A DNA stretch of 57,912 bases, counting the filler, from Dirinaria sp. TL-2023a (lineage: Eukaryota), in assembly GCA_051941275.1 (NCBI GenBank). It is 6 parts of 6 records of this genome, joined end to end, with 100 filler letters (N's around TTAATTAATTAA, not from the genome) between each part and the next. Parts side by side here need not be neighbours in the genome. Positions count along the whole stretch, not along the records: positions 1 to 9,581 come from JAVEBF010001032.1; positions 9,682 to 19,262 come from JAVEBF010001033.1; 4 more parts are not named here. One strand, written 5' to 3'. Position 1 is the stretch's first letter. Each line of letters begins with the position of its first letter. This document shows, piece after piece, positions 1 through 12,374 of this stretch. The position numbers and the translations under genes are program-made. The notes below the pieces were generated by a model. That model saw only the letters and a list, made by a program, of their open reading frames with translations, was not told where the DNA came from and made no database searches.

Positions 1-1128
1 AGCAAGGGCAGGGAGATATCCAGAATTGTCAAATGGCCATGTGGCAAGATTACAACGGCAAGGAGTTCTAAATTATGGCTCATCTCCGCACATTGGACAT
101 GTTTCCATTGCGCCGAAATCTTCAAAAAAAGAAAGAAAGAAAAAAAAAAAAAAAAAAACAAGGCCATATTGAGCGGCGCGGCATTCTTATATTTCAAAAC
201 CAAGAATTTGTAATCTCGGAAATTACCTTACATTCAGCAACGCCTTCAAACATTCCTAGAACATCCTTCATATTCATCATAGATCTCAGTCGTCTCACCA
301 AAGGCAACATCAGAAAACCGCTTTGAAACGAAAGAGATTCCGAATATTGTTCTGGGCAGCTTCAACCATACCCTGTACAATCTGTATCTTACATGTACTC
401 TGAGAAAATCTTAAGATCAGTGTGCAAGGCTCTACCGGTGAACATGATCAGACAGGCTAAGGTAAGGAAACTTACTGCCGACTAGTCCGCCCGGTTTCAG
501 TGGGGGCTCCGGGAAGAACCCAAGACTGCAAGTTTAACCGAGATTGCCAAGCACTGTTATGATTGGCCATCTCGGCCATCTACTGCTGTACTGGAAAGTA
601 TTATTGCTCTTTGCACCTTCTGAAATTCCAAATTTCATATTCACTACAATGCAAAACCAACCTGACCACCAGCTAATGATAGATTCCCACCGCAGTAATC
701 TCCGCAGTCAGAAGAGCCAACACGGCCGCGAGATTGGAGCAAAGCAGAGGTGCGAGCACAAGGCTGACGGGCGCTCTCGGTTAAGCTTACGGTTCGATTT
801 CCAGACAGCAGCAAGCATCTGCAAGAGCGATGCACCTTTCAAGTTGCACCTTTCAAGTAAGCGCCCAAGGGCGAGAACCAGGGACTCGGGCCGCCTTGGG
901 CATCGATGTTCGGTGCCTTCTATTTGAAATTCTCGATGCTAGACGCTTTGCCGAATATGTCACCACATACATAGCCCGACGAAGGGCATCGACACCGATA
1001 CCCAGCCGCAAATAGCACAATCAGCTCCTTGCGATTTTACGCCCGGCTGCTTTGAGCTGGCGCATAGCTATAGAATCGCACAATGGCATAGCCACGGTCG
1101 CATTAGGGTTTGGACCACCCACCGACAC

Positions 1129-2972
1129 AATGTACATAGTTGGAGCAATGAGTTCTTTCTCTGAATCATCCCAGATGATGGTGATGGCTACCCATGGCCC
1201 TGCTGATCAGCAGATTCGTACACTCGACCGGCAACGACCCTCGGTAGCAAATCACAAAGAATCATCTACCACTAACAAAGACGCTCGTGAGCCACTTCAA
1301 ATGGATTATCTTTCGTGGTCTAGAAGTAATGTACGTGCACTGCAGGTGTTATCGTCTCACCCGAGCAGTATATCAACAGAGTCGAATTACATGCGCAAAG
1401 AGATCAGGCGAAATACCTCCACTCCGGTGTCAATTACCTAGCGCTTGCGCGATTCTTACAATCTGCAAAGGACTATGCTCCTTGCGAGAAGCCGGTCATG
1501 GAGCATGCTTGTCTCGTTGTTCACATAATCTCCGCCACAGAAAAGCGTGGCATTGATCTCTTCACGAGTGACCAAGTTCAGAAACACGATGCAATTCCAG
1601 CTCAGGATCAGAATGTCTCTAAATTATTCTTCATCCGTGGCCATGCTTCCCGTCAATGGCTAGCCTCTCTGGGCGCCCGCTACCGATTGGACCCAGAATT
1701 CTTCCGTCGCCATCGAGAATTTGTGCCATCACTTGACCATTATGATCTGCCTACCCTGCCTTCGGCTTCGCTACATATCATCACACTTCGCATCATGACG
1801 ATCTATAAAAGAAAGCTAGCCCTTAGTGCCTTCGCAGTCAGAAAATCGCGCGAAGACGCGGAGCAAATTGTTAGAAAGCACCAGCAAAACTTAGGAATTC
1901 GTGGAATCGACGGGGAATCGATTATACGAAGACTATCGTTTCCTGATGAAACACACTTCACTGTAGAACAAGCCATTACGTGTTGTGGTAAAAAGCGAAG
2001 CGGGGGTTGGCAAGGTAAGTTCAGCAAAGCACAATTTTTGATTACTTATGCTAATAAAACGTAGCTTTCATATGGCTTGATTCTGGACGCAATCTAGTAG
2101 ACCAATTTTTCTTGAACGGTCGGTTCAACCCCTCTCTAGGACTTGACGCAGATGTCCATTGCGTTCCTGTAATACAACATCAACGCAAGATAGCTCTGAC
2201 CGAGCAAGACAGTCCACGACTGGATCAAGAAAGCTTGCATACTACGAGATTGCCGAAATCATTTCAAAGCTCCTCTGTACTTCCTTTTCAATATGGGTCA
2301 TTTCTCGACCCTCAAGTTATGGCTGCGGACCTCATGTACTCCCTGACCGACTTGTTCAGTTTTGCTGCGCACTCGGAGTGCCAGTTTTTGAACATGTTGG
2401 AAATACATATTGCCAAAACAACAAAATGCACAAAAGACGAAATGGAGCTGGCTCTTGACGACTTAAAATATATCAAGTCTCTGCTCGAAGATCGCATAGA
2501 ATACCTTTCGGAAATCTTAATATGCGTCAGAAAGCGCGGGGATCCACGGTGGCCCCGTGCCACTCAGCAAGCACATGTAGCAGTCGTGGACGATGCGCTT
2601 AAAGCGCTGGAAGGGGATTTCGATCATCTACTTCAGCGTTCCAAGAATTTATCCACAAGGTGCACAGAAGGTGCCAGCATGATCACGAATGGTGCTATGC
2701 TCGAGGAGTCGAAGAAAGCCATGCATCAGGCCAAGCGCTTGAACCGCTTAAGCTTGCTAGCTTTTTTCTTCCTTCCACTGTCCTTTGCGACGTCAGTCTT
2801 CGGCATGAATTTCAAGCAATTTGGGCAAGGGGATCTCAGCGTTTGGATCTTTCCTCTGGTTCTAATTCCAATCTTCACCGTTTCCATATTGCTCACTTTC
2901 TGGGACAAAGTGGTGAGATGTGTGCAACGGCATCAAAAAGGCGCTGGATTGACCACTGGCTTCTTCAACTAG
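1129..2972 (+). CDS. Fungal CorA-like (2-TM-GxN) membrane protein, multi-exon; 5' end uncertain
   Basis: C-terminal two-TM segment LSLLAFFFLPLSFATSVFGMNF...VWIFPLVLIPIF carries the GMN signature. Internal LDPEFFRRH...LPS motif. Clear intron at 2015-2064 (GTAAGT..GCTAAT..TAG) and a probable short intron ending at 1368. Confidence 0.8.
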
Positions 2973-3220
2973 GCAGTCCGTCTCTGCATGCTGGCTAATC
3001 CTCTCCGTCGTCGTTATCAATTTGCCAAACAAAATCTATGTCTTAGAGTAGGATTCACGAATATGGTTTAGCAGATCCGGCTTTACATAAATGATAGGTC
3101 TAGAAGGAAGCTTTTGTGGGTCTAATTCACAGAAGAACCAGACTAAACAATCCCGACTGCTTGGAACAAATGATCCATTTCGGCTGCTCCTCCCTCAATG
3201 CCCTATGGACAAAACTTCGA

Positions 3221-4492
3221 CTACTGTGAGAGGAAAGTCAGCGCTGCAAGCGCAAATGCCTCTGTCCCTGTTGTTAAAGTCGGCTCGATTGCAGGGGCAA
3301 AATATGATGAGTGTTCACCGGGAATCTGGTCCACCCTGTCCCTCTCTACTGCGTCGTCCCATTTACCAGGCTCCGTGGAACCAAAATTCCAATAAGCATA
3401 CGGGATGTTGTGAGGTGTAGCAAGATCAGAAAAGTCCTCGCTGGCAGTATCACGATCCATCTCGAAAGCATTCCCCTCAAAATACTCTTTGAAGACTTGG
3501 AATATCGGTGCCACTATCTCAGGGCTGTTGACCGTAGGCGGCGAGGAATCGACACGGTTTATTTCAGGCGCCAAAGGAGACCCTGATGCGTCGGTCTCGG
3601 CTTTGATGATACGTACGATCTCACGATACAAAAGATCGCGAATATGAAGGTCGTAGTTCCTCACACTGATTTTCATATCAAGCTCATCTGGGATAATATT
3701 TTCTGCCTCTCCAGCATGAACACTGCCCACGTTTATGATTGCAAATTCATCTGGTGCGATCTTGGTGGTGATGATTTCTGGTAGCCTGGCGATGATATGT
3801 GCTCCGATATTAATAGGGTTGACAGCCACTTGGGGGACCGCACCATGGCCTCCCTTACCAAATACCTTGACGTGATACGAATCACTGCCGGCAAGAACGG
3901 GCCCTGGGCGGATGGACACTGTGCCAGCTTTGTTGCGGACAACATGCTGACCAAGCACAACATCAGGCAAGGGAACTTTATCATATAGACCATCTGCAAC
4001 CATCCCAGCGGCTCCACCGCCGGCTTCCTCACTTGGTTGGAAGAGACATATCAATGTCCCGCTCCATGAGTCCTTTGCTGAAGTTAGGAGGGACGCTGTT
4101 GCCATCAGGACCACCGTGTTCATGTCATGGCCACATGCATGCATTACGGGATATTCTAATCCGTCCTCGAACACTGCTCGCTTCTCGCTCGCATAAGACA
4201 GCCCGGTTTTTTCGAGAAGCGGTAGAGCGTCCAGCTCGGCTCGAAGTAGAATTGTTCTACCAATACCATTACGCAAGGTCCCAACAACACCGTAGCCGCC
4301 CACTTTTTCGTGAACCTGGAATCCCAGCTCAGCCAGATGCTTCGCTGGATATATCGCAGTCTCTCTCTCCTGTCGAGATAGCTCTGGATTCTGATGGATC
4401 TTTCGATAGATTTCTTCGAAAGGCTCGAAGTCGGGCAGGTTCTGCCGAACCACATGTCCAAGTCCGTGGCCGATCGAGCCTGCCCTTGTCAT
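3221..4492 (-). CDS. M20 family (Acy1/HipO-like) metal-dependent amidohydrolase, intronless
   Basis: Motifs IHQNPELSRQE, LRAELDALP, MHACGHD, FQPSEE, LGQH, GKGGHGA, SEDFS and HSSYFAP. First in-frame ATG is at 4492. Confidence 0.92.
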   Translation of the reverse strand: MTRAGSIGHGLGHVVRQNLPDFEPFEEIYRKIHQNPELSRQERETAIYPAKHLAELGFQVHEKVGGYGVVGTLRNGIGRTILLRAELDALPLLEKTGLSYASEKRAVFEDGLEYPVMHACGHDMNTVVLMATASLLTSAKDSWSGTLICLFQPSEEAGGGAAGMVADGLYDKVPLPDVVLGQHVVRNKAGTVSIRPGPVLAGSDSYHVKVFGKGGHGAVPQVAVNPINIGAHIIARLPEIITTKIAPDEFAIINVGSVHAGEAENIIPDELDMKISVRNYDLHIRDLLYREIVRIIKAETDASGSPLAPEINRVDSSPPTVNSPEIVAPIFQVFKEYFEGNAFEMDRDTASEDFSDLATPHNIPYAYWNFGSTEPGKWDDAVERDRVDQIPGEHSSYFAPAIEPTLTTGTEAFALAALTFLSQ

Positions 4493-5609
4493 TCTGAGTT
4501 TTAATCGGCAGAGGGGTGTTCTTACATTGACTTTGCGCGACCTGAAGGTGCATGTCGCCGTTAGCAGCGATCCACGCGGCTCCGAGAACAAGGAAGAATA
4601 TGACTGGTGAGAATGTGCGAATTTGCCGTAAGATATTTGCTGCTAATGCCCTAAATCGCAAAGGCATTTGTAGATGGGCGTCTGGCGTTCGCGGAGGTCT
4701 TAAAAGAACGATCCAAGGGAGGAGGTAGGAGCAGCGCAAGGGTGAATGAGCAATACCTCCTTGAAGCACTAAAGTGGTTCACTGTAGGTCGAATATTGAG
4801 CCCCTGCTGAAACGTGGGGTGAGACGGCAATGATCACTACAGCCTGGAGCCGGAAGTCTGAACCTGAAGCTCATCCTGCAGCGGCTAGAACAGCAACGCT
4901 TCTGTCATATGTATCATTATGTAAGTAATGTAAATACCCTTCGTTTCGACAGCAGAAGCCGTCTGTGCCAAGACTCATTCGGGTATCCTTCTCGGCAATA
5001 TTCAATGAGCTATACAAGATCAAGTGGAGTGAAGCTCTTGGTGCAGTTCAGCCGTAACACTTTACGAGCTTAGATTTAGATCTCTGACATCGATGGAAGC
5101 TAAAATGGATGGTTTCAAAGACTGGCCTCTAACGTGCAGAAGCTTTGAGGTAAGTAAATTACAGAGGCAAGGCTGCGAGGCTGCAAGTGACACAACCAGC
5201 AAATGGTCCAAACGCTGCTCTCTATTATAGATTGATACCTTTCGGAGGGTCAGCCACGCACATCCACTCTTCGTCTTTGTATGCTCCGTAGTAAAGTCCA
5301 TGATTATCTCGACAATTACTCACATACTAAGCAACGCCTCCTTTCAATTCAAAAATTAAGGATCTTCCTGTGCATAGTCCATGTCCTAGGGCGAGACACG
5401 GCCATGAAATGTCCCACCTACATCGATTCAAAAGCTACTTGCTACTCTTGATCTTGGCAGCGCGTTGTTCACCGCACTGGTGTGAGAGAAGTACGAACGG
5501 TCCTCAAGCGTTCGGCTAACCGGGTTGATCTACCTCTTACTCGTAATAGACCGCTAGCATCTGGGACTCTTAGTATCTCAATTTCTGAGGTCAATACCAG
5601 AAAGACCAA

Positions 5610-6703
5610 ATGCTCGCAACGCTTAAGTATTTGGCAGATCTGCCATTATATAAAGAGGAGAAACCCTACAAAATGATGAACTTTCCTGGTCTTGATCCCG
5701 AACTCGCAACTAACTGCCACTATGTTGAGGTGTCTGGCGTACCGTTGACCGACTTACGTGGAAACGAGCACCAATTCTCCATTGACGAATGTGGTTTCAA
5801 GGTCTGCAAAAACGAGTTCAAAAATGCTCTGACGCGTGACCAATTCAATGATCCGCGAGAAAAAGGCGGCTTAGTCAAAGGATATTTACAGGAGACTGTC
5901 GAAATCGTGAAAAAAGACCTCCAAGCTGATAAAACGATATGTTTCGACTGGCGAGTGAGTCCGGCCGGGATTAGAGATACAATGACTCAATTGCTGACAT
6001 TGGAGTAGTTGCGAAGCAACGATCCAGCGGACACCAATCCAGAGATACCTCTTGACGACATCGCTAACGCAAGGTCATATACATTGAACCCAGCTGGCAC
6101 TGTACATTGCGGTACGTATAGCCTAAACACGTCTCAATGTGTGTTAAGGGTCTACAGATTACACTTACGACAGCGGACTTGAACAAGTCTACACATACTG
6201 TACAGCCAAAGAGCGAGAAGAATTCGAGCAAGGCACGTGGCGCATCCGGTTAATAAAGTATGAGTTCAAATCGCAAGGAAAAGACGGCGCAGGGACTGAT
6301 ACTGCTTACTAGTTTTTGGCGGCCTTTGAAAGTGGTGCAAGATGCGCCACTCGCTCTTTGCGATCGGCGAACCGTAAACCTGCAAGATTATATTTATGTT
6401 GATGGTATCCTGCCCGATAAGGTCGAGGAAGAGATATTCCTTCGCCACACCGAGAAAGAAAAGTGGTACTGGCTGTCGGACCAGAGCCCTCATGAACAGC
6501 ACCTTTTTGTGCTGTGGGACTCTTGCCGAGATGGCTTGGGCAGTTGTAGGTCTTTGGTGATTCCTCTTGTTGAGGAAGCTGACTTGCTCCTAGTGTATAC
6601 TCCCCACGTCGCCGCACATCTTGACATGCAGCGAGGTAAGCATGCTGAAGGGAGAGAAAGTGTAGAGGTAAGACTGCTCGTAATGCATCGGATCCATTCT
6701 TGA
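5610..6703 (+). CDS. AsaB/CmcJ/NvfI/GA4-desaturase-like Fe(II)/2-oxoglutarate oxidoreductase, 5 exons
   Basis: Motifs YKEEKPY, FSIDECGF, CFDWRLR, VHCD (HxD split by an intron), WRPL..VQDAPLALCDRRTV, KWYWLSDQ, TPH and RESVEVR. Introns at 5955-6008, 6112-6157, 6258-6312 and 6546-6593. Confidence 0.85.
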
Positions 6704-9378
6704 TGAATCTTTGTTTGGCTCGAAGTCTATGTACATCGATAGAGACAGAAACCCTCACATTGCTCCGGCAAAGCGGCTGTAATAAGATGTGAACCGTACC
6801 ACAACCCTTTAGCTTCGTCCTCGCACTGACACGATCATTGCCTGCGCGGCATTTCAAAGCAGCTCAGATCGGGACGTTCCTGTGCAAAGGTCAGACGCTA
6901 TACACAGATTATTGAGTGTGTGCGTACTTGATTACTGCGTGATAGTCAGCTCTACTTCTTTGCGTCAAGCGCTGCCTTCAAGCGAATGTTATCATTCTGG
7001 ACAGGGGCCACGCGAGGGCTTGGGACGGGAGGCACTTCAAGACCCCTTTGGGCCAGAATCGCCTTCCATGGTTGTCTTAGCTGTTGCATCTGCTCCTTCA
7101 TTACGGCTATTTGAAGAAAGTATGTTTTTCGTGGTCTGTGAGGAGCGCGTTGGAGATTCTGGATGAGGCACAGAGGTTTGGACGGTCCGTGCTACGTTTG
7201 ACCCCGTGCAATTTGCGATATACATATAACTGTCGGAAGTCTGTTGCATGGCAATAATGTAGCCGCATCCCTGGCCCTGGGAAAGCTCAGGCAATGAGCA
7301 GCCCTTACCCCGCTCAATCGACATTCTCCTTTAACAGTGCGTACTTTTGCGCATCGCTGCATATGTTCTCATGCGCTTAAACTGCATCATGTGCATTAAT
7401 CGGATCGGAGCATTTCTGACCTGTTACTGATGAGCCAGACGTTCAGAGCTCTCTCGCGGCTAAAGACACGCCCAAACTAGCATCGAGTCGAAGTCATGGG
7501 TTTGTGGGCTCGATCCAACCCCTTTGCTTTCGATGATCATCAGCTATAACGGCAAGTGGTAGTTTGCGAGCTTGCCAGCAGTCCCAGTGGAGTATCTTCT
7601 CACAGCGAGAGAGATGTGGACGCTAGCGCTGAACTGAGGATACCCGCACACCTCTCGTTTGCCTCAAAGGGTCGATCATAGCAATCGTTGGTTCTGCTCA
7701 AAGCTACAGTGTGGGAGGACCGCTGATCGATGCACGTTTTCTTACATGCGTCCACACCCTCCTCCAGCCCTTCTTATCAATGAAGGTGGTACAGAGGTAA
7801 GACAAAATGTTGATGTTTGGTTGAAGTACGACGCTTACATACGATTGGGCCAGAGTATATACTGCAACCACGTTTCCAGCTGCTATAGGCAGATATGCCT
7901 AGCCCAGCCTAATCCACAATAAAGAAGTCGATCCGGCGACAGCGAGCTCATAGGCTGCTTTTGAGACTCATTCCCGAAGTCGTCGCTTCTGCCGACGTAG
8001 ATCTAGAGCTTTTTGATTCTGTAGCCTTGCCAAGCCCAGAGCGCCCACCTGCCCTTCACGGGGTGGTGTGATTGTGATTTGTGATCCAATGTTGGCACCC
8101 TGAAAATAAGCCAACTTTCCTGAACGCATTCAGCCGCATCGTTCGGGGTCTCCAAAGGTCCCCCCATTTTTTTTTTTTTTTTTTTAGTCATTTGCCTAAG
8201 CTCGCTGCCAAAACTTGGCCAGCAAACATACTCGTACTGAACGCCGTTTCATTACCTTGGTTTTTTTTACGCTCATGCCGCATGCAACTTCGCGTGACTG
8301 TAGGTAATCTTCCACTGCAGGATTTAGCTTGGCCACATTTGGAGCAATTGATGCCGACACTTTCTAGGTGTGCGGTTCCCTGATTCAGCGCTAGCTTCTA
8401 TTGATCATTTGCCACATCGTGAACTACAACGGAGTCGAAGGATTGATATAACGAGGAGAATTTTTTTGCTTGGTAGGGAGTAGAATAACGAGGGAGAAAA
8501 GAGCTGGTCGTCAAAATATACTACAGTCTAATGCTATGTGCCGCGACAGACTTACATCAATCTTATTTTAGCCCAGCACACGCGAAACCAGGTGCATTAA
8601 GCAATTTCACAGCGCGGTTTGGTGACTTAGTTTTGAAGCACCTTTTTCACCTCACCTTTTCTGGGTGATCAATTAGGTCTACCAACTTTCGACTTCCAAG
8701 TCCTAGCTTCAGCTGTCGATAAGGGAAGCACATGTCTGCAAATCCTACAGGAATCCATACGAATCGATCCTTTCCGGACCGGAGCGGTCATCGGCTCGCG
8801 ATACTCCGTCAAGACGAACATCTTTCGGTAAGAATTGATGTCGCGGAACCTTCAATAATGTTTACAAGTGGTCACTCGTCTTTTGAGACTCGATGGTTCA
8901 AAGCTGTAGAGGCGAACAAGACTAAAAGCTGTAGACAGTTAACGTCTAAGAGATTCTTCTGATCTCATGCCTGTATCTACAGATAGCAGAAAACCCTTGA
9001 TATATTTCGTGGATCACTCCTGAGTTTCGCCACTCTGGCTTCCTTCTTTAAGACTGGTTGGATTAGTATCTACACGTACGGATCATTTCATGCTTTGTCA
9101 TTCGAAAACTACAATAACGGTACGCACGAAATGGGAATGCGCTTTCGAAATACCTGCCAGAATACTTAAGAGTAGGAGACGGAACGAGGGAACCCTCGGA
9201 AGAAAGTGATACCTCCCCGGAACATCATTTATCCACAAGGCGAGCGGCCCGAGATCCGACCCAGAGATCCCTGCAGGTTCACGTCGCCATTTGCCTGCCT
9301 GGACGAGCTCTAGTTTCTGTCTTTCGTAGTAGAAGTACCTGCACATGTTTGTCGCATCCCCAGTACTCGCTGCTCAAG

Positions 9379-9576
9379 ATGTTCAGGAATAACTATGACA
9401 ACGATGCGGTCACCTTGTAAGCAAGCCCATTCAGCAGGAGCCAGCAATCTTAACACGCCTCCAGCTCCCCCCAAGGCCGCATCTTCCAAGTCGAATACGC
9501 CCAAGAAGCCGTCAAGCAAGGTTCCGTCGTGGTGGGCATAGTGAGCAAAACACATGCCGTCCTGATGGCCCTCAAG
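9379..9576 (+). CDS. PRE5: 20S proteasome subunit alpha-6 (alpha type-1), 5' part, truncated by contig end
   Basis: Spliced translation [50 protein letters not shown]. Intron at 9417-9464; the next GT donor is at 9577. Confidence 0.93.
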
Positions 9577-9581
9577 GTAGC

Positions 9582-9681
9582 NNNNNNNNNNNNNNNNNNN
9601 NNNNNNNNNNNNNNNNNNNNNNNNNTTAATTAATTAANNNNNNNNNNNNNNNNNNNNNNNNNNNNNNNNNNNNNNNNNNNN
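9582..9681. other. Artificial contig linker (N44-TTAATTAATTAA-N44)
   Basis: Six-frame stop spacer flanked by N runs, 100 bp. Confidence 0.98.
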
Positions 9682-10798
9682 AGGATAGAAAGAGAGAGAA
9701 GGGAAAGGGGAGGATTGAAGGGGGAGGTCTGTGAAGCTGAATATTTGGTTTTTTGTTTGTTTTATGGATTATGTATGGTGGTGGTTGGAGGATGTGTGCT
9801 GAAATTACGAGTACATGCATGAGGGTTTTCTGCGTTGATGTTTTTTGATTGAAGCCGATAGTGTCTGATAGCATGATAGATATTCTCTAGTACAAATGTC
9901 CCTTTCATTCACTTCAAGCATTGTCGAAATCGAATCTCGCTATTATCTGCAATAACAAGATTTGAGCCGCTCGGATCATCGATAGTGATTCGATTATAAA
10001 TGTGAGATGATTGTAGGGTAGGAGGTCATTATACTATGTAAGAGGGAAGTATGTCAGCCTATGAGTGGATTGGTTCTTTGATGTGATAGCATATTATAGA
10101 CAGATCACGCCGAGAGCGTTGATCGTTTTTTAGAACTTCCTCGCTGAGTCATGATATTTGTGATCTCGGAGTAAAAGCGGTGCTTCTCGCTCTGCGTATC
10201 ATCAGATAGTTCTGAATCTCTTTTTCATTCTAAGAGAATTGTGTTCCTTAAGAGCTCGTCCACAGGCTTTGTACAACTAGCTGTGAAGAGAGTCAGCTTC
10301 AGAGATACTTCTATTGCAGAGATAAACGAACGGATCAGAAACCCGGATACTTATATCTAAATATGTTCTGAGTGCTTCAGTGTAAAGGGGGAATAAGGAG
10401 ATTGTTAGCATCGAGAGTTCAGTTGTTATCTGTACTCTAGATATTGGATTCTTGATGATTGCATAGTCGACCTCAAGAGATGATAGGACATGATCTGACA
10501 GAATCGAGGATTATGCTGCTCTGTGATTCTCAGTGTGTGGTGTCATGATAGGTTAAAACATGTGCTGTGACTCATGCTTTGTCACATCGCCTTTAATGGT
10601 GAAGTCTGAGAATATAAGAGTACTGTCTCATCATGTGACCCGAGACTGAGATGCTGATCCGGCGAGTTCTGAACGCTTTACTACATGTGATCATTCGCTT
10701 AATTCCTTTAACGTTCTTCTGTTTAACATCTTGCTGGCATCATGACTGAATCCAAAAAAACATCTCTGCAATCGATCTCCGAGTTTTGAGTATTCAAG

Positions 10799-11998
10799 AT
10801 GTCGGAATATCTGCCTGTACTCGTTTTCTGGGTTGCACTGTTCCTCATAGGTGCCAACCTTACTTTGAGAAAACAATCAGTACACAAGGGCTTGCGCAGT
10901 ACTCGTACAGATCAAGCTGTTTCCGCATAGAAGTTTGAACAACCCACGCTCTTGATCGATAAAGAATGGAAGCAACCTCACGACTATGCCTCATTGCTCA
11001 TTTACAAGACAAATGACCAGGTCTGTATTTCCTTACAAATCCTGTCAAGCATATAGATTAGCACTCCAGCAAAGACTGACATCAAGTTTAGTCCTCAAGT
11101 CCTTTCTTCCAGAAACTGCCATTCGAGATCCGCTGTTTGATTTATCGCCAAAAACTCGTCGTCAAGTTTCCTCAAAAACTTTACATCGCCCAATCACTCA
11201 TACACAGGTACAACATGAGCATGCTCGTTAAGCTACCTTGGGACCCATTTGAGAAATTGATGGAGCTTGACATCGATGCCACGATGCTGAGGACCTGTCA
11301 AAAGATTTATCAGGAAGCTTTGCCCATATTGTACGGCGAGAATACATTTCACGTCTTCGACCCTCACGAGATCCAAAGCTTCCAAGGCTACGGCCTCGCA
11401 GACTTTTGGACTGAGGTTAATGCCGATCCAAGTCTTGTAAGATACGATCTACGTCCTGTAAGATTCAACTTTAACTTCGTTCCCGGAGGTAATGCTCAAG
11501 GGAGATTATCCCTGATTCGAAAGCTGTCCATTGGCCTCGTGAGTTATCGGCCGTCATCGAAGGGTCTGAGAATCTTCAGCAACAACACAAGACCGACGAA
11601 ACTGGAAATAAGTGACATGTGGACTGCATTCCTGCTGAACGAGTCTCATGTCCCCTTACGTCTGAACTCAATCTTCTTGCCCTCGTTGGAGGAGCTAAAG
11701 CTAGACTTTTCGGACTGGAACTTAGGGGAGGACCATCGCCTCCAAGTATGCTGTATTGAAAGCACTTCGAGACCTCTTTGTTCTGACATCATTCTAGGTA
11801 GATCCCATAATCAAGAAATTCCGAGGATCAATAGGTCTGAGGCGACTCGAAATTATCGAGTTGAAAAATGCGGATACGAAGCAAAAGATACGGCAAGGGC
11901 TTCTCTCCAAAACTGGAGCTTTCGAGGCGAGAGAGTGGCGTAAATTAGACAACGATGAATGGCACTGCTTGAAAGTGGAGGAGAACCCTTCTAAATAG
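10799..11998 (+). CDS. Hypothetical protein with F-box-like LPxEIRxxIY motif, multi-exon
   Basis: PFFQKLPFEIRCLIYRQ and MLRTCQKIYQEALPILYGENTFH motifs. Plausible introns ending at about 10930, 11091 and 11797. The start codon is inferred. Confidence 0.6.
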
Positions 11999-12374
11999 AC
12001 GGATTTGGAGCAGACCAAGAATGGAAACTACTGCGCTGCTGCTACTGAGCTGTCATGCTGGTCACGATTTGTGTGTAAAAAAATCATCGGCTTTTGCGCT
12101 TGAATGCGCAAACCCTCGTACATTAGTATGGGCGTTCTGACTTTGCGTGGTCTCAGTTGCAGCTACAGAAGAGCATCTCGAGAATACATGAGATAATTTG
12201 TTAGTCGTTGAGTGAAGACCTGTGAAGGCTTGTGCCTCGAGGCTCATGTTTGTGCTCATCAGCCATTATCAGATCCAGAACTCGCAATCTCATTGAGGAA
12301 CTGCGCTGTGTAAGGAGCGAAAAGGGCGGATTGTTCCATACGACTTGGCTTTGGATCTGAAATTTCAGCCTCAA

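Noticed and set aside
75..326. Lys-rich ORF, and similar poly-K/poly-F ORFs at 8003-8383, 40188-40711 and 44404-44728
   Set aside because: They arise from poly-A/T homopolymer tracts in non-coding DNA.
762..858. GGTTCGATT T-loop-like motif and a 14-bp tandem duplication (TGCACCTTTCAAGT x2, 831-858)
   Set aside because: No cloverleaf of tRNA length can be folded; the duplication is consistent with simple slippage.
6882..9346. Short ORFs in the gap before PRE5
   Set aside because: No recognisable motifs or consistent exon chain.
9626..9637. TTAATTAATTAA palindrome recurring five times
   Set aside because: Synthetic six-frame stop linker embedded in N runs, not a biological repeat or CRISPR-like array.
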